DNA of 64,000 nucleotides from Octopus bimaculoides (taxonomy: Eukaryota). The DNA lies in the NCBI RefSeq assembly GCF_001194135.2, contig NC_068986.1:2486348-2550347 (forward strand). Direction: 5' to 3'. The position numbers and the translations under genes are program-made. Below the pieces are notes generated by a model. It was not told the DNA's origin and did not search any database. It saw only the letters and a program-made list of their open reading frames with translations. Below, in pieces: positions 12,201 through 23,135 of the stretch; positions within the stretch are counted from its first letter, which is position 1, and each line of letters starts with the position of its first letter.

Positions 12201-15200
12201 AATTTTATATTAAAAAAGGAATGTTTTTATTTTTTAGTTTAAAATATTCTGTATAATATATGTATTACTAGTCTGTGTTCAGAGTCGGAGCCCAACTAGA
12301 GCTATCATTAACTAAGGTTAATGCACCTCAGGGAATCTTTTCATATCTCAACCAATGAAAAAGAAGCTTATGAAATGAAATGTACTTGTTTTCAAGTTTA
12401 CACAAATGCTTATCCAAATGGATTTTAGTGAAATGAGCAATACTAGAAGATTTTTGCAGCTGAAACAGTGCAAGCTTTTTGTCAAGCATTGGTCTTAAGA
12501 ACTGTATGCATTTATTTGGACAATTTCTATCTCAGTCATACAACTCTAACAGTGTATATATATATGTGTGTGTGTCTGTGTGTATACGCACACACCATAT
12601 GGATAAGTTTTTTCCCACACACCTCTGCATACAAACTTCGCTAATACCTTGTATTCATTCCTTTCTTCATGGCAAATCGTTAATGAAATAAAGTAGCTTG
12701 CTTACCAACCACATGGTTCCGGGCTCAGTCCCACTGCGTGGCACCTTGGGCAAGTGTCTTCTACTATAGCCTCGGGCCAACCAAAGCCTTGTGAGTGGAT
12801 TTGGTAGACAGAAACTGAAAGAAGCCCATCATATATATATATATATATATATGTGTGTGTTTGTGTTTGTCCTCCCGACATCGCTTGACAACCAATGCTG
12901 GTGTGTTTACGTCCCCATAACTTAGCGGTTCAGCAAAAGAGACCGATAGAATAAGTACTAGGCTTACAAAGANNNNNNNNNNGCAAGTGTCTTCTACTAT
13001 AGCCTCGGGCCAACCAAAGCCTTGTGAGTGGATTTGGTAGACAGAAACTGAAAGAAGCCCATCATATATATATATATATATATATGTGTGTGTTTGTGTT
13101 TGTCCTCCCGACATCGCTTGACAACCAATGCTGGTGTGTTTACGTCCCCATAACTTAGCGGTTCAGCAAAAGAGACCGATAGAATAAGTACTAGGCTTAC
13201 AAAGAATAAGTCCTGGGGTCGATTTGCTCGACTAAAGGCGGTGCTCCAGCATGGCTGCAGTCAAATGACTGAAACAAGTAAAAGAGTAAGATTATATTAG
13301 GTTTAAATGAAACATACTGTGAATAAATAGAAAATTACTTTTAGTTTTGTTTGATTATATAATCTACACAAATTTAGCCTCGACACAACACCTTACAACT
13401 AATTATATATTGAAATCTCATAATTTATCACCAATTATCCAAATTTGGTTAATTGCATAAGAATGTCAATCACCGAGGGAAGCTCTGCATTTAAGAAGAA
13501 TTAACTTTATTATTTTACAATTTAAAAAAAAAAAAGTAGTGAATTGCTATGTAAGTGTTAAGTTCAGTCTTCTACTTACCTGAAATGTCATGCCTCATTT
13601 AGAAATCACATGTTATCTAAATATTTCTTGTTCTACAGTCAAATGATCTAATTATCTTGTGATTAGTTCATATAACACCATCATCATCGTCATTTAATGT
13701 ACACTTTTCCATGCTTGCTTGGGTTGGACAGAATTTGTTTAGGCAGATCTTTCTATGGCTGGATGCTCTTCCTGTCACCAATCCTGATTTGTTTCCAAGC
13801 AAGGTAATATTTTTCCATCATGGCCTCACCTGTTTTCGCAGAAGATTGGAAACAAGGGACACTGTTTGCATGACTGTGACATTCATTCACAACCATCACA
13901 TGAAGTCAAGGCAAAGTGACACCAAGACACACGCTCACACAAACACATACATACTTACACACACATACACGTGCATGTGCAAGGGACGGCTAACAAGTCC
14001 ACAGGCCGACCAAGATATTCTCATGGATTGTGACCAAATGAGATTTATTTTTCAACATATTCCCCCTAAAGTAGTTGTATGCTGTCAACTTAATGTGACA
14101 GTCCCCTGAAGGGAATAATACTACTGTTGTTTAGACCTAGAAAGCTGCACCACTTCCTGTCGGCCTTGACACATTTCCTGTGTCCTTATGTTTACAAGAG
14201 GGAGACAAGCACCTCCCCCAGCTAAGCCTGCATCCAGTGACATGTTTCTGAGTCTTTGCTCGTCATCAGTCTCCAGACTGCTCTGTAGTATTATTACAGT
14301 AGTATTATTCCCTTCAGGGGACTGTCACATTAAGCTGACAGCATACAACTACTTCATCGTATCACTACTGCATAAATCTCTCTGAGAGATTTAGAAATGT
14401 ATTATTTCTATATTTCCCCTAGTAGTCCATACACTTCTTTCATCGGTGTTGCAGTGCTTGGATCCCATGTGAAGACACTTTCTTTCTGTTAGTCAAGAAA
14501 AAGTCATCAACAGCAGGTATGATGTCGTCATCTCTGTGATACTGGTTCCCAGCCAAGTGTTTTTTATTATGTTGGGGTACAGATGATAGTCAGGCGGGGG
14601 CCAAATCAGGTGAATAGGGTGGGTGATCACCCAGTTCAAAACCATAGTTATGCACAGTAGCCATTGAAACCAAGGACTTGTATGCTGGAGAATTGTCCTG
14701 ATGAAACAAGACCCCTTTCCACTGACCTTGTGTGTGTGTGTGTGTCTCTATCTACCTGTCTGGCTGTCTATCAATTAATCAATCATTCCTTCATTCATTC
14801 ATTTAATATTTTCAGAAAGAAACCAGTTTGCTATCAAATCTACGAGAAGTGCAGTGTTTGATTTGCAGTTTTCTTCACCAGATGTACATTGCAGATCCTA
14901 ATCTAGCCAAACTTGTACATTTTCAGGTAAACACATCTGTTTCTCTGTTTGTTCTCAAAACTCTGCATCCAAAAAGCATTTCTCAACTACATCGTATTAA
15001 ATCTTTGAAATGATAGATACAAATATTTCACTTTCCAATCAATGCTACTCTTTACTGATTTGGACCCATTTAACAAACGTATTTTTTTAACCCTTTAGCA
15101 TTTAAACTGGTCAGATCCAACACAAATATACTGCCTGTTTAATGTTTAAAGCAGCCAGACCTGGCCTCTCACACCTTTCATGTCATTTTAAAATAAACAA

Positions 15201-16826
15201 AGGAAGATGCAAGGCCCCCAAGGTTGAAAAAACAGAGTCCAACTGGAGAGAAGCAGAAAAGACAGCCCAGAGTTGAGAACAGCAGAGAAAAGCCATCGAT
15301 AGCCTATGCTTGACCAATGGCCTCTGCTCCATCGATGGCCTCAGCTCTATCAATGGCCTCTGCTCCATTGATGGCCTGTGCTTCATTGACAATCTCTGCT
15401 CCATCGGTAGCCTATGCTCCTTCCATGGCCTATAATCCATCAGTAGCTTACACTCCATAAAGAGCAAAGGTTCTTAAGGAAGTAGTGCTCTGTTGTAAGC
15501 ATTCAAGCTAGATCTCTAATTTGTGGATACCTTTCTTCTACCAGTCTTAGAAGCTCTGTAGAGGATTGTGTGAGTACTGCTTTCTTTCTTCACTAAAAGA
15601 TAAAAAAAATAATATACAAATTTCTTTTGCAGGGTTACCCAAGTGAACTGTTACCCATTACAGTGGCAGGTATACCATCAATGCACATATGCTTTGATTT
15701 CATTCCAGAACTTCTCAGCCAACCTCAGATGGAAAAACAAGTAAGTTGACTTGCAATCTGCCTGTTGCTATTATAATTTTCTTCAACAATATATGGTGAA
15801 TATAAGGCCCTGCACTGGCAGAATCGTTAGAGAACCAGAGTAAATGCTTTGCGATATTTCTTCTGATACTTTATGTTCCGAGTTGGGTTCAAGTCCCACT
15901 CTGGCCAACTTTACCTTTTATCCTTTCAGGGTCAATAAAGTAAGGTACCAGTTAAATTCTGTGGTTGATGGTATCAACTATTCCTTTCACCTCAAAATTG
16001 CTGGCCTTGTAACTAAATTAGAAACCATTTTTTACAATTTTCTTTTCGTATGTTTTATTGTAATTGTTGTTTAACCCCAGGTCAATTCCAGTCATGATCC
16101 TCTCATCTTGTTTATGTTTTTTGACGCAGTGTATCTAGTAAGACATTATCCATGTGTCCTTTTTTAGGGGGTGGTTGGCTTGATAGGGTGTGATTTCAAA
16201 AAAGCATGCTGCTGTTTCTAGCAAGTCAAGCAACAACACAAAGGTTTCCTCATTGGCTTACGTTTTCTCATACGATTAAATTCTATTCATAATTCATTAT
16301 TTATATTCGTTGAGAAATTTCACCTTTACTATTTACTTTTACTGATAGCTTATGTAACTCATCTTGAAGAGTTCTGCTATAATAGCTACCAATTTTGAGT
16401 CAAGAGATTTCATGAATGGAAGCAATGATTATACTGGCATAGAGTGGTTCTGTCCTTGGATGCTTATCTTATCTCTCTAGCATTGATTTTAATTCTAATC
16501 CTATCCCAAGTTTTGAGTATGAGAGGTCAGCCGTATTCTTTGAATGGAATCCATTTCGTTTAAGTTCCTTCCACGCATGTGAAAGGAAGGGTGTACTGCA
16601 TCTGAAATACGCAGAAGCAGAAGTAACAACAAACACATTAATTATATTACAATAATAGATAACATTGGCATGTGCATATATATGTGTATGTATGTATATA
16701 GATATATATGCATATTTATATATATGTATTTATGTATATGTATGTATGTATGCATATAGATATAGATGCATATTTATATATGTATTTATATGCATATATA
16801 TATATATATACATATATGTATTCATT

Positions 16827-16868
<42 letters not shown>

Positions 16869-19491
16869 GCAAATAAATACACACACACACATTCATATAC
16901 ACATATATATATGTATTTATTTCCATATATATATATTTGCATATAAATATATATGTATTCATCTGCATATATATGTATATATGTATATATACATACATAT
17001 ACGTATTTATTTGCATATATGTGTGTGTGTGTGTGTGTGTCTGTACATGTATCTTTGTGTTTGTCTATGATGGTTTGTTTATATTCCTGTAACTTAGCAG
17101 TTCAGAAAAAGAAAACAATGAAGCAAGTAATAAACTTAAAAGCAAACACTGGTATAGATTTAGTTGACTAAATGCTTGAGGGTAGTGCTCCAACATGACA
17201 GTGGTCCGATGTCCATTACAAGAATCAATTGTGAAAGTAACATTTAGCTGTTTTTCTTATTCTTCTTGTTCTTTTTTTACTTACTTTCTCTTTCCTTGTT
17301 TTATCTCTTTCTCTCCCTCTCCCCCAACTGAATACACCTGTAACGTCTCCTAGATAGCAGTAAGGTGAACAACCTTAAATTGGAATGATTGATATCGGCA
17401 AAGCTGTGTTTAACAAGTCCACTTCACAACCACATGAGCCTAGGTATGATTCCTTATACAGGGTGTCCACAAAGACTGGGTACATGGAGTAAATAAAATC
17501 ATAACATAAACAATAAAATATAAGAAGAAATAATTTCTTAAAGTATGCGTTAATCCTCATGTACCCAGACTTTGTGGACACCCTGTACAACAACCTAGTC
17601 AGAGGATTGTGTTAATTCCAATGTCTATTTTGACATGGCTTCTACAGCTAAATGCCCTTTGTAGCACCAATCACTTTGCAGAGTGTGCTGGGTGCTTTTT
17701 TTGTGTCACTGGTACTAATGAAGTTGTCAAGTAACTTACAAGACAAGATCCCTTGATTGAAGGGAGGGTATAGTATTGAGGGAGGTGGCTTATGCTAGCT
17801 CTCAAGCGTCAAAAATATGATAGAAGGATAGGAACAGGTGTTTTGCTGTAGAGGAGTTACATGGCCACCCTTGTTGGAAAAGGAGAGAAGATGGTTTTGA
17901 CGTGGTGTCAGGACAGAACTTTAAACTATAAGTTCAGCTGTGCAGAAGCTACCACATTACAGCACATGGTAGATATTCTTATTTTAGGGAACATGAAAAT
18001 TATATAATCAATCAACAAAGTAGACAGAAGATGAAGAAGAATGGATTTCATGGTTGATACTCTTTGGAATATATTTACTTTAATCTATGTCTTTACTGTT
18101 CTCTATTCCTTGTCTTTTATCTGAATCTCCTTTACTTCTCTTTGTTAATAAAAGTGTTTCTTTCTCTTCAAGATGTTTGCTATTGAGTTGGCCAGTTATT
18201 TATGCCTTCAATATGCTTTGCCTAAAGCAATGAACATAGCTCGGGTTATCATCAACATTATGTTTACGGTGCTGGGAGGTGAGTCTGCAGGATTTTAATC
18301 ATTGTCTTCCTTCTTTTTAACTTGCACAATATGTATGACATGTTTCTTTTTAAATCAAGCTATTAGTCATATAACCTAAAATGTGTCTTGTGACTTCACT
18401 GCTGATGGATTGGTTAAATAACGGAGCATTTTTGATTGCCTGCTTTCAATTCTTTTTATTTCACTACGCATGTTTCTTATTGATCAGTAAATTTTGTCTT
18501 TATTTATTGATCTGTTTACATTTGGTTTTATTATGTTTGCTAAGTAATTTAGAACCCCCTTTCAGATATTGAATACTGAAGTTACTGAACACCTGGCACA
18601 TCTTATCAGGAAAATATGCAGTGTGTGTGTGTGTGCGCGCGCGCGTGCGTTAATTCGTTCATTTATTTGTTCATTCCCCAACTTTTCATAGCTCATAGAG
18701 TGAACAATTTATTTCTTAATATATTGCGTCTTGCTTGCCGACATCTTTAATCTTTGGAATTAAGGTATAGTTGCCTTTGTGCTCTGTTGCTGTCAGTGGC
18801 AAGTTCCACTACAGCAAGCCTTTCTAGATCCTTCCATCTGACATGGAGTGTATGTGGTTCATCCAGTGGAGACATCATTATTGGAGTTGATCGAAGAGGC
18901 TGGGGTCTGAGCACAGTCCAGAACATCTTTGTTGATGACCCAGTCAGTCCATTTGATATCCAGAGTGCAAAGATGGAAGGTGTTCAGATGCTTCTCAGAT
19001 GAATCTCTATTCCAGACAAAAGTCACTCCCCAACACCTTCAGATCTCTTTGCCGAGGATACAGGCTCTGTGGGCCACAACCTTAATATACATCCTTAGCT
19101 TATTATTCTCTGGGTTCAACTGAGTAGCCTTTGTTTGATTCGTTATGAAGGTAGACACTGTCGTTTGATATCCCAAAAGCATGTTTTAACAGAACTATTT
19201 CATCTGATAGAAGGGGCAAAGGTTAGTGATAGCACCATAAAAACAGGAGTTCAGGTGGCTGGAACTCATCATCCTAGGAAAGCAGTTTGTCCAAGAGAGG
19301 GTAAACTAACACTACTTTGTGACTATTTGCATTCATAGGATGCTCATTGCCTAATATATATATCATCATCATCATCATTTAACATTTGCCTTCCATGCTG
19401 ACATGGGCTGGACAGTTTGATAGGAGATTTCTGTCTGTTTTGGCACAGTTTTTATGGCCAGATGCCCTTCCTAACACCCTGCAGAGTGGAC

Positions 19492-19531
<40 letters not shown>

Positions 19532-21522
19532 NNNNNNNNNNNNNNNNNNNNNNNNNNNNNNNNNNNNNNNNNNNNNNNNNNNNNNNNNNNNNNNNNNNNN
19601 NNNNNNNNNNNNNNNNNNNNNNNNNNNNNNNNNNNNNNNNNNNNNNNNNNNNNNNNNNNNNNNNNNNNNNNNNNNNNNNNNNNNNNNNNNNNNNNNNNNN
19701 NNNNNNNNNNNNNNNNNNNNNNNNNNNNNNNNNNNNNNNNNNNNNNNNNNNNNNNNNNNNNNNNNNNNNNNNNNNNNNNNNNNNNNNNNNNNNNNNNNNN
19801 NNNNNNNNNNNNNNNNNNNNNNNNNNNNNNNNNNNNNNNNNNNNNNNNNNNNNNNNNNNNNNNNNNNNNNNNNNNNNNNNNNNNNNNNNNNNNNNNNNNN
19901 NNNNNNNNNNNNNNNNNNNNNNNNNNNNNNNNNNNNNNNNNNNNNNNNNNNNNNNNNNNNNNNNNNNNNNNNNNATATATATATATATATATATATAAAT
20001 TTAGATAGATAGATAGATAGATATAATCATTTGTTCATTCATTTAGCATCTATTTTTCCATACTACCATTGGTTGGACAAGGAAATATTTAAAATAGGAT
20101 GTTCTTCCTGTTGCTGGCTCTTACCTCTTTGTCAAGGGATTTTTTTATTCTACTTGTTTGTACAATTGCTCTTAATGTCAACTGCACACACGCACACGCA
20201 CACATTCAGATTTTCTTATTTTAATTTTTCAGCCTTTTCAGCTCACGAGCGTGCTGAGTTTCTTATCAAAACTGTTCCGTCATTACTGTTGATATGTCAA
20301 GCATTTCCACCATTGTGTGAAGACGTTACCAGCTTACTCATGCAAATAGGACGTGTTTGTATTGCAACCCTCAGCTCAACCAGCAACGTCATGCAAACAG
20401 GTATGCATCCAACTTTTAACATTGTAGAACACCTGAAGGTTTTAAATGCAAATTATTTTGTTGTTGTTGTTGTTTTTTGATGGTTTTGTTGTTCACTAGT
20501 TCTCAGCCTGTTTTCTTCATGCAGACAATCTTTGAAACAAGAGTTGCTACTTAAACAGTGACGAGCAACTTATAAATCTTGTACGTTAGCTCTGCTGTGT
20601 CTGAGTTGTGTAGCACCACAGTTTGTCACTGTTGCACCAGAGTTGACCATGTGGTGTGCAGTGTGACATTGAAAACATGTTGCGTCTGTTGTGCTATCCA
20701 ATGTGTCATTGATCAGAAGTTTTGATGATGTCTGTTGTAGTTCTGGGTAAAGTTGTTGTTGTTGTTGTTGAGGAGCCCTGAATAACCAGAATTATCATCA
20801 AAGGTGTTCAAGCTGTGAATATCACATCTTTGTCCCAGGCACTGTGTACTCAGGACTACATTGTCCAATGTGCCTTTGTCTAAGTTGGTAGGTTGTAATT
20901 TGAGAGAGATTTGGCTACTACTTTTAGCAAGTCAAGCAATATGTAGAAACTCCTCCATTGGTGGGAGATGGAAAAAGTCGATGCAGTCTGAGACACTGAC
21001 ATTTTATACAGAAGATGAGTCTTTTTGAGTCTTGTCTAGCAATTGATAAAGCAGTTTTATGCTGATAAATATTTTGTGCTTGTCTGAAGGAATAGATTTG
21101 AGAGATAAAGATTTTAAAATGATTCTTTATTAGCAAGTCAATATGTTTAGATGTCTCAACAGTGTTTGTTTAATCAATTATTCACCTGTGTCTCAGATAC
21201 AGTCATATCCTTATTCATCTGATAGTCAAAAATTTCTGTGCTGATTTGTAAATTCAAGTCATCTTTTTTTTTCCTTTTTATCAAAATAGAGAAAATAAAT
21301 TCTCATCAGTATTTCTCATGTCTTAATTTTCTTTTCTCTTCTTTCTTTTTAGCTTTTATCAATAACAAAGACTCGTTTGATCACTCTGATGCAAACATCA
21401 GAAAAGTTACAACATTTGTCAAAGGAACTTTGTCTGGACAATACTTTAAACTAAACCAAATTGTGCGCTCCACATTCTCAGAAATAGTTCAGAAAGCTGT
21501 CGTGATGCGAAATATTTACTGA
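222..21522 (+). CDS. INTS2: Integrator complex subunit 2, 3' portion (13 exons, 688 aa in window; 5' part lies upstream of the window)
   Basis: All introns are GT-AG with consistent phases, and the exon lengths sum to 2067 nt = 689 codons including the stop. The spliced peptide has motifs I recognise from metazoan INTS2: TQEIFTEQVITMHAVKVPVT, LLATHYPHLCLVEDW, LSNLREVQCLICSFLHQMYIADPNLAKLVHFQGYPSELLPITVAGIPSMHICFDFIPELL, AFPPLCEDVTSLLMQIGRVC. Confidence 0.95.
515..740. mobile_element. piggyBac-type MITE (CCCTTTAG... termini, TTAA target site)
   Basis: gtaa-ccctttagcatt ... aaaggg-ttaa; about 220 bp, with related copies across the window. Confidence 0.75.
1284..1418 (+). CDS. INTS2: INTS2 exon 2 in window (VITMHAVK...KHKVPIK)
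   Basis: Polypyrimidine tract plus cag at 1281-1283, donor gtaagt at 1419; 135 nt, phase 0/0. Confidence 0.95.
2145..2460 (+). CDS. INTS2: INTS2 exon 3 in window (DWIYKQMLNSS...LLNNMRSI)
   Basis: tttcag acceptor, gtaagt donor at 2461; 316 nt, phase 0/1. Confidence 0.95.
3733..3859 (+). CDS. INTS2: INTS2 exon 4 in window (VSCNRKIKVYPEY...LFSPLLR)
   Basis: tttcag acceptor, gttagt donor at 3860; 127 nt, phase 1/2. Confidence 0.92.
4100..4250 (-). mobile_element. RTE LINE 3'-end fragment with (GAT)n tail
   Basis: catcatcatcgtttaacgtccgctttccatgctagcatg...; the same tail is attached to RTE ORF2 sequence at 51288-52291. Confidence 0.8.
4942..5075 (+). CDS. INTS2: INTS2 exon 5 in window (LLATHYPHLCLVEDW...DAFQK)
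   Basis: ttgcag acceptor, gtaaat donor at 5076; 134 nt, phase 2/1. Not in the ORF track. Confidence 0.93.
5217..5432. mobile_element. piggyBac-type MITE, opposite orientation to the 515 and 7147 copies
   Basis: ttaa-ccctttagcattt ... gaaagag-ttaa; TTAA on both sides. Confidence 0.8.
6068..6307 (-). mobile_element. RTE LINE 3'-end fragment
   Basis: Near-identical to 51288-51470 and 53847-54092. Confidence 0.85.
6478..6614 (+). mobile_element. RTE LINE 3' UTR fragment, inverted relative to 6068-6307
   Basis: Reverse complement matches 6183-6299 at 107/117 nt. Confidence 0.8.
6916..7126 (+). CDS. INTS2: INTS2 exon 6 in window (AVDDVAKK...HGLMPRR)
   Basis: caacag acceptor, gtaatt donor at 7127; 211 nt, phase 1/2. 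Confidence 0.93.
7147..7370. mobile_element. piggyBac-type MITE
   Basis: ccctttagcattcagattactct... body matches the 515-740 copy; begins about 20 nt after the exon 6 donor. Confidence 0.75.
7398..7787 (+). mobile_element. Full-length tRNA-derived SINE, (AAC)n tail (resembles the octopus OK-type SINE)
   Basis: A box tggcccagtg, B box gtttcgattcc, caacaacaac tail; target-site duplication gaattagtatc (7387-7397) / gaatttgtatc (7788-7798). Confidence 0.85.
8668..8796 (+). CDS. INTS2: INTS2 exon 7 in window (LRLMTVNAL...VDPLVVLQCDNRVFR)
   Basis: Long pyrimidine tract plus cag, gtaagt donor at 8797; 129 nt, phase 2/2. Confidence 0.94.
9031..9239 (+). mobile_element. Mariner-derived MITE (TIR gaaaagttcctggcttt) retaining the transposase C-terminal codons
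   Basis: Inverted termini 9031-9051 and 9209-9239; internal KDHCNKCMNLKGEHVE* matches a mariner transposase end. Related copies at 32620-32735, 34032-34146 and 54176-54387. Confidence 0.75.
11762..12044 (+). CDS. INTS2: INTS2 exon 8 in window (CPPVLEIVLR...ESAVVQILLECCLRQPDEM)
   Basis: Poly-T tract plus cag, gtaagc donor at 12045; 283 nt, phase 2/0. Confidence 0.95.
12691..13290 (+). mobile_element. Bipartite tRNA-derived SINE family A (head ...ggcaccttgggcaagtg..., TA/TG linker, tail ...gactgaaacaagtaaaagag), containing an assembly duplication
   Basis: Matches 30962-31390. Partial copies near 1985-2062, 3940-4090, 7860-7990, 9870-10000, 11290-11450, 24285-24450, 35725-35880, 36990-37345, 55690-55900 and 56590-56760. 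Confidence 0.85.
12973..12982. other. Assembly gap (10 N). Other gaps: 19532-19974, 33303-33832, 43037-43508, 44166-44674, 47259-48015, 51587-51902
   Basis: N runs; most border (TA)n tracts. Confidence 0.98.
14069..14354. repeat. 58-bp inverted repeat with a 170-nt spacer
   Basis: 14069-14126 versus the reverse complement of 14297-14354: 57/58 identical. Confidence 0.9.
14402..14730 (-). mobile_element. Mariner transposase C-terminal remnant
   Basis: KGVLFHQDNSPAYKS...GFELGDHPPYSPDLAPPDYHL...(frameshift)...GIQALQHR*KKCMD; diagnostic HPPYSPDLAP motif. A further mariner-like end lies at about 13978-14068. Confidence 0.85.
14816..14926 (+). CDS. INTS2: INTS2 exon 9 in window (KETSLLSNLREVQC...KLVHFQ)
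   Basis: tttcag acceptor, gtaaac donor at 14927; 111 nt, phase 0/0. Confidence 0.95.
15087..15200. mobile_element. piggyBac-type MITE, truncated
   Basis: ttaaccctttagcatttaaac...ctggcctctcacacc...tgtcattttaaaataaac, then unrelated sequence. Confidence 0.7.
15293..15454. repeat. 18-bp minisatellite, nine units (ccatcgatggcctctgct consensus)
   Basis: Exact 18-nt period with substitutions only. Confidence 0.85.
15633..15740 (+). CDS. INTS2: INTS2 exon 10 in window (GYPSELLPITVAGIPSMHIC...MEKQ)
   Basis: ttgcag acceptor, gtaagt donor at 15741; 108 nt, phase 0/0. Confidence 0.95.
16670..17045. repeat. Compound (TA)n/(TATG)n/(TG)n microsatellite
   Basis: Seen directly; source of the YI/CV-rich ORFs in the track. 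Confidence 0.9.
18173..18278 (+). CDS. INTS2: INTS2 exon 11 in window (MFAIELASYLCLQYALPK...FTVLG)
   Basis: ttcaag acceptor, gtgagt donor at 18279; 106 nt, phase 0/1. Confidence 0.94.
18720..19120 (-). mobile_element. Degenerate RTE (BovB-like) LINE ORF2 C-terminal fragment
   Basis: Minus-strand translation with stops and frameshifts gives HLNTFHL..DIKWTDWVINKDVLD..LHWMNHIHSMSDGRI.K.LL, the typical post-RT region of RTE elements. Confidence 0.7.
20233..20400 (+). CDS. INTS2: INTS2 exon 12 in window (AFSAHERAEFL...SNVMQT)
   Basis: ttttcag acceptor (an alternative in-frame acceptor lies 9 nt downstream), gtatgc donor at 20401; 168 nt, phase 1/1. Confidence 0.92.
21353..21522 (+). CDS. INTS2: INTS2 terminal coding exon (AFINNKDSF...VVMRNIY*)
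   Basis: Strong pyrimidine tract plus tag acceptor, phase 1, TGA at 21520-21522. The ending STFSEIVQKAV resembles the INTS2 C-terminal helix. Confidence 0.88.
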
Positions 21523-22299
21523 ATTGTGCATTTTGATACCAGTTATGATCTTGTAGATAACGAAGCAAATCATTTCCTCATTTCTTACATCTCATAATCA
21601 TTTCTTCCTCAACCACTGCTTGCATACCAAACCACTCTCTTTTCACTAATCATCATTCATACATCATACCTTTCAGTCAAGCATACAAAACCCACTTCAT
21701 TTTGACCATTGCCCACTGACAGGATCATTTCATGACACATTAGCCCTTTCCATGTACTCTTTTGGATACATGCCATTTCTTCACATGTTCCTCTTTGGTT
21801 ATACAACAGATCATTTTTATCCTGTCCATTCACTGACTTCTTAACAAATTATTTTAATTTCCTCATTGATTATTTGAAATAAATATGGAGGGATGATGAA
21901 GTGAGAGTTTGCTGTTGTTGCTGTTACTGTCTTGTAGGAGGTCTATTTAATTATCTTTTATGTAATCATGTACACAACAATTGTCTAGTAATATACTCCA
22001 TTCAAATCCTGACATGGTCAACTTTTCTTTTCATCCTTCTGGAGTCAACATACTAAAGTATCAAGTTACATAAATTTGTAGTCTTTTGCATAAGTCGTAA
22101 ATCAGTATTTACCATTTTGCTTTAGTTTTCATACGGAGAGCTTCTAAACAGCTCTTTATAAATATTCTCTCTAAATGAATTAAATATAATATTTAAACCA
22201 AAGTATTGCATTTTTAAAGATTAACTAATATAAAAATTTAATTAGATCCGATGATGTCAAATAAGTTTCTGGCTTATCAAGCTATATCATTTGTTAAGC

Positions 22300-22305
22300 A
22301 ATAAA
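22300..22305 (+). promoter_or_regulatory. Possible INTS2 polyadenylation signal (AATAAA); another at 21878-21883
   Basis: Hexamer about 0.8 kb after the stop, followed by a TG/T-rich stretch. The hexamer is common by chance in AT-rich DNA. Confidence 0.3.
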
Positions 22306-23135
22306 GTGTATATATTTTTAAGGTAAGAAAGATCTCCAATATGCATGTTATACATCCATGTGTGCGTATACATATATATATTGGTTTCAAATTTTGGTGC
22401 ATGGCCAGCAATTTGGGGGTAGAGTAAGTCGATTCCATTGACCCTAGTGCTCAACTGGTACTTATTTTATCAACCTCGAAAGGATGAAGAGAAAAGTCGA
22501 CCTCAGTGGAATTTGAACTCAGAATGTAAAGACATAAAGCATGCCCATTATGCTAACAATTCTGCCAGCTCACCACCTCGTATATACATATATATTTATA
22601 TGTATGTCTGTGTAGGTTGGGCATACAATATATTCCAAATCTGTGATCAAAGTGTAAGTCAAAAATAATTAAACTGAAATTAAAAGTATGACAATAAAAT
22701 TAATGTAGTAAAGGTATTCAACACAAAATGTCATTTTCTTTCACAATATGCAAATGTTCAAATTTGTACCAACCATGTACCTTAGCAGCAATGGAGTAAG
22801 TATATGTAAAATCCATAATCCTCTTACACATACATGCCACATGCTTGTACTCATTTAAACTTGCATATATGCATGCATTTTGTCCTTCTTGACTGTGCAT
22901 CAAATCCAATTATGATTCTAAGAATGATGGACAGTACACCTTCTCCTCAACTTACAACTCCAGTTCCGTTCCAACCGACCGGTTGTAAGTCAATCTGGTC
23001 ACATAGTGGATTTATATTTTTCAACACTATTTTCATTCTTGCAGCTGATGCTTGAAATCAACTGAGTGAGAGACACAAAGTACAAACACAAAGACACTCA
23101 CACATAAAAATATACATATATATATATATATATAT

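Noticed and set aside
16665-17171. YI-, CV- and HT-rich ORFs (also 30181-30546, 37212-37678, 41642-42125, 56454-56777)
   Set aside because: They are translations of microsatellites.
19386-20012. Long ORFs containing X runs (also 33194-33898, 42798-44997, 46972-48090, 51359-52087)
   Set aside because: They are artefacts of translating through N gaps.
222-21522. U12-type or non-canonical introns in INTS2
   Set aside because: All twelve introns have GT-AG ends with U2-type donor sequences; none shows the GTATCCT or ATATCCT signature.
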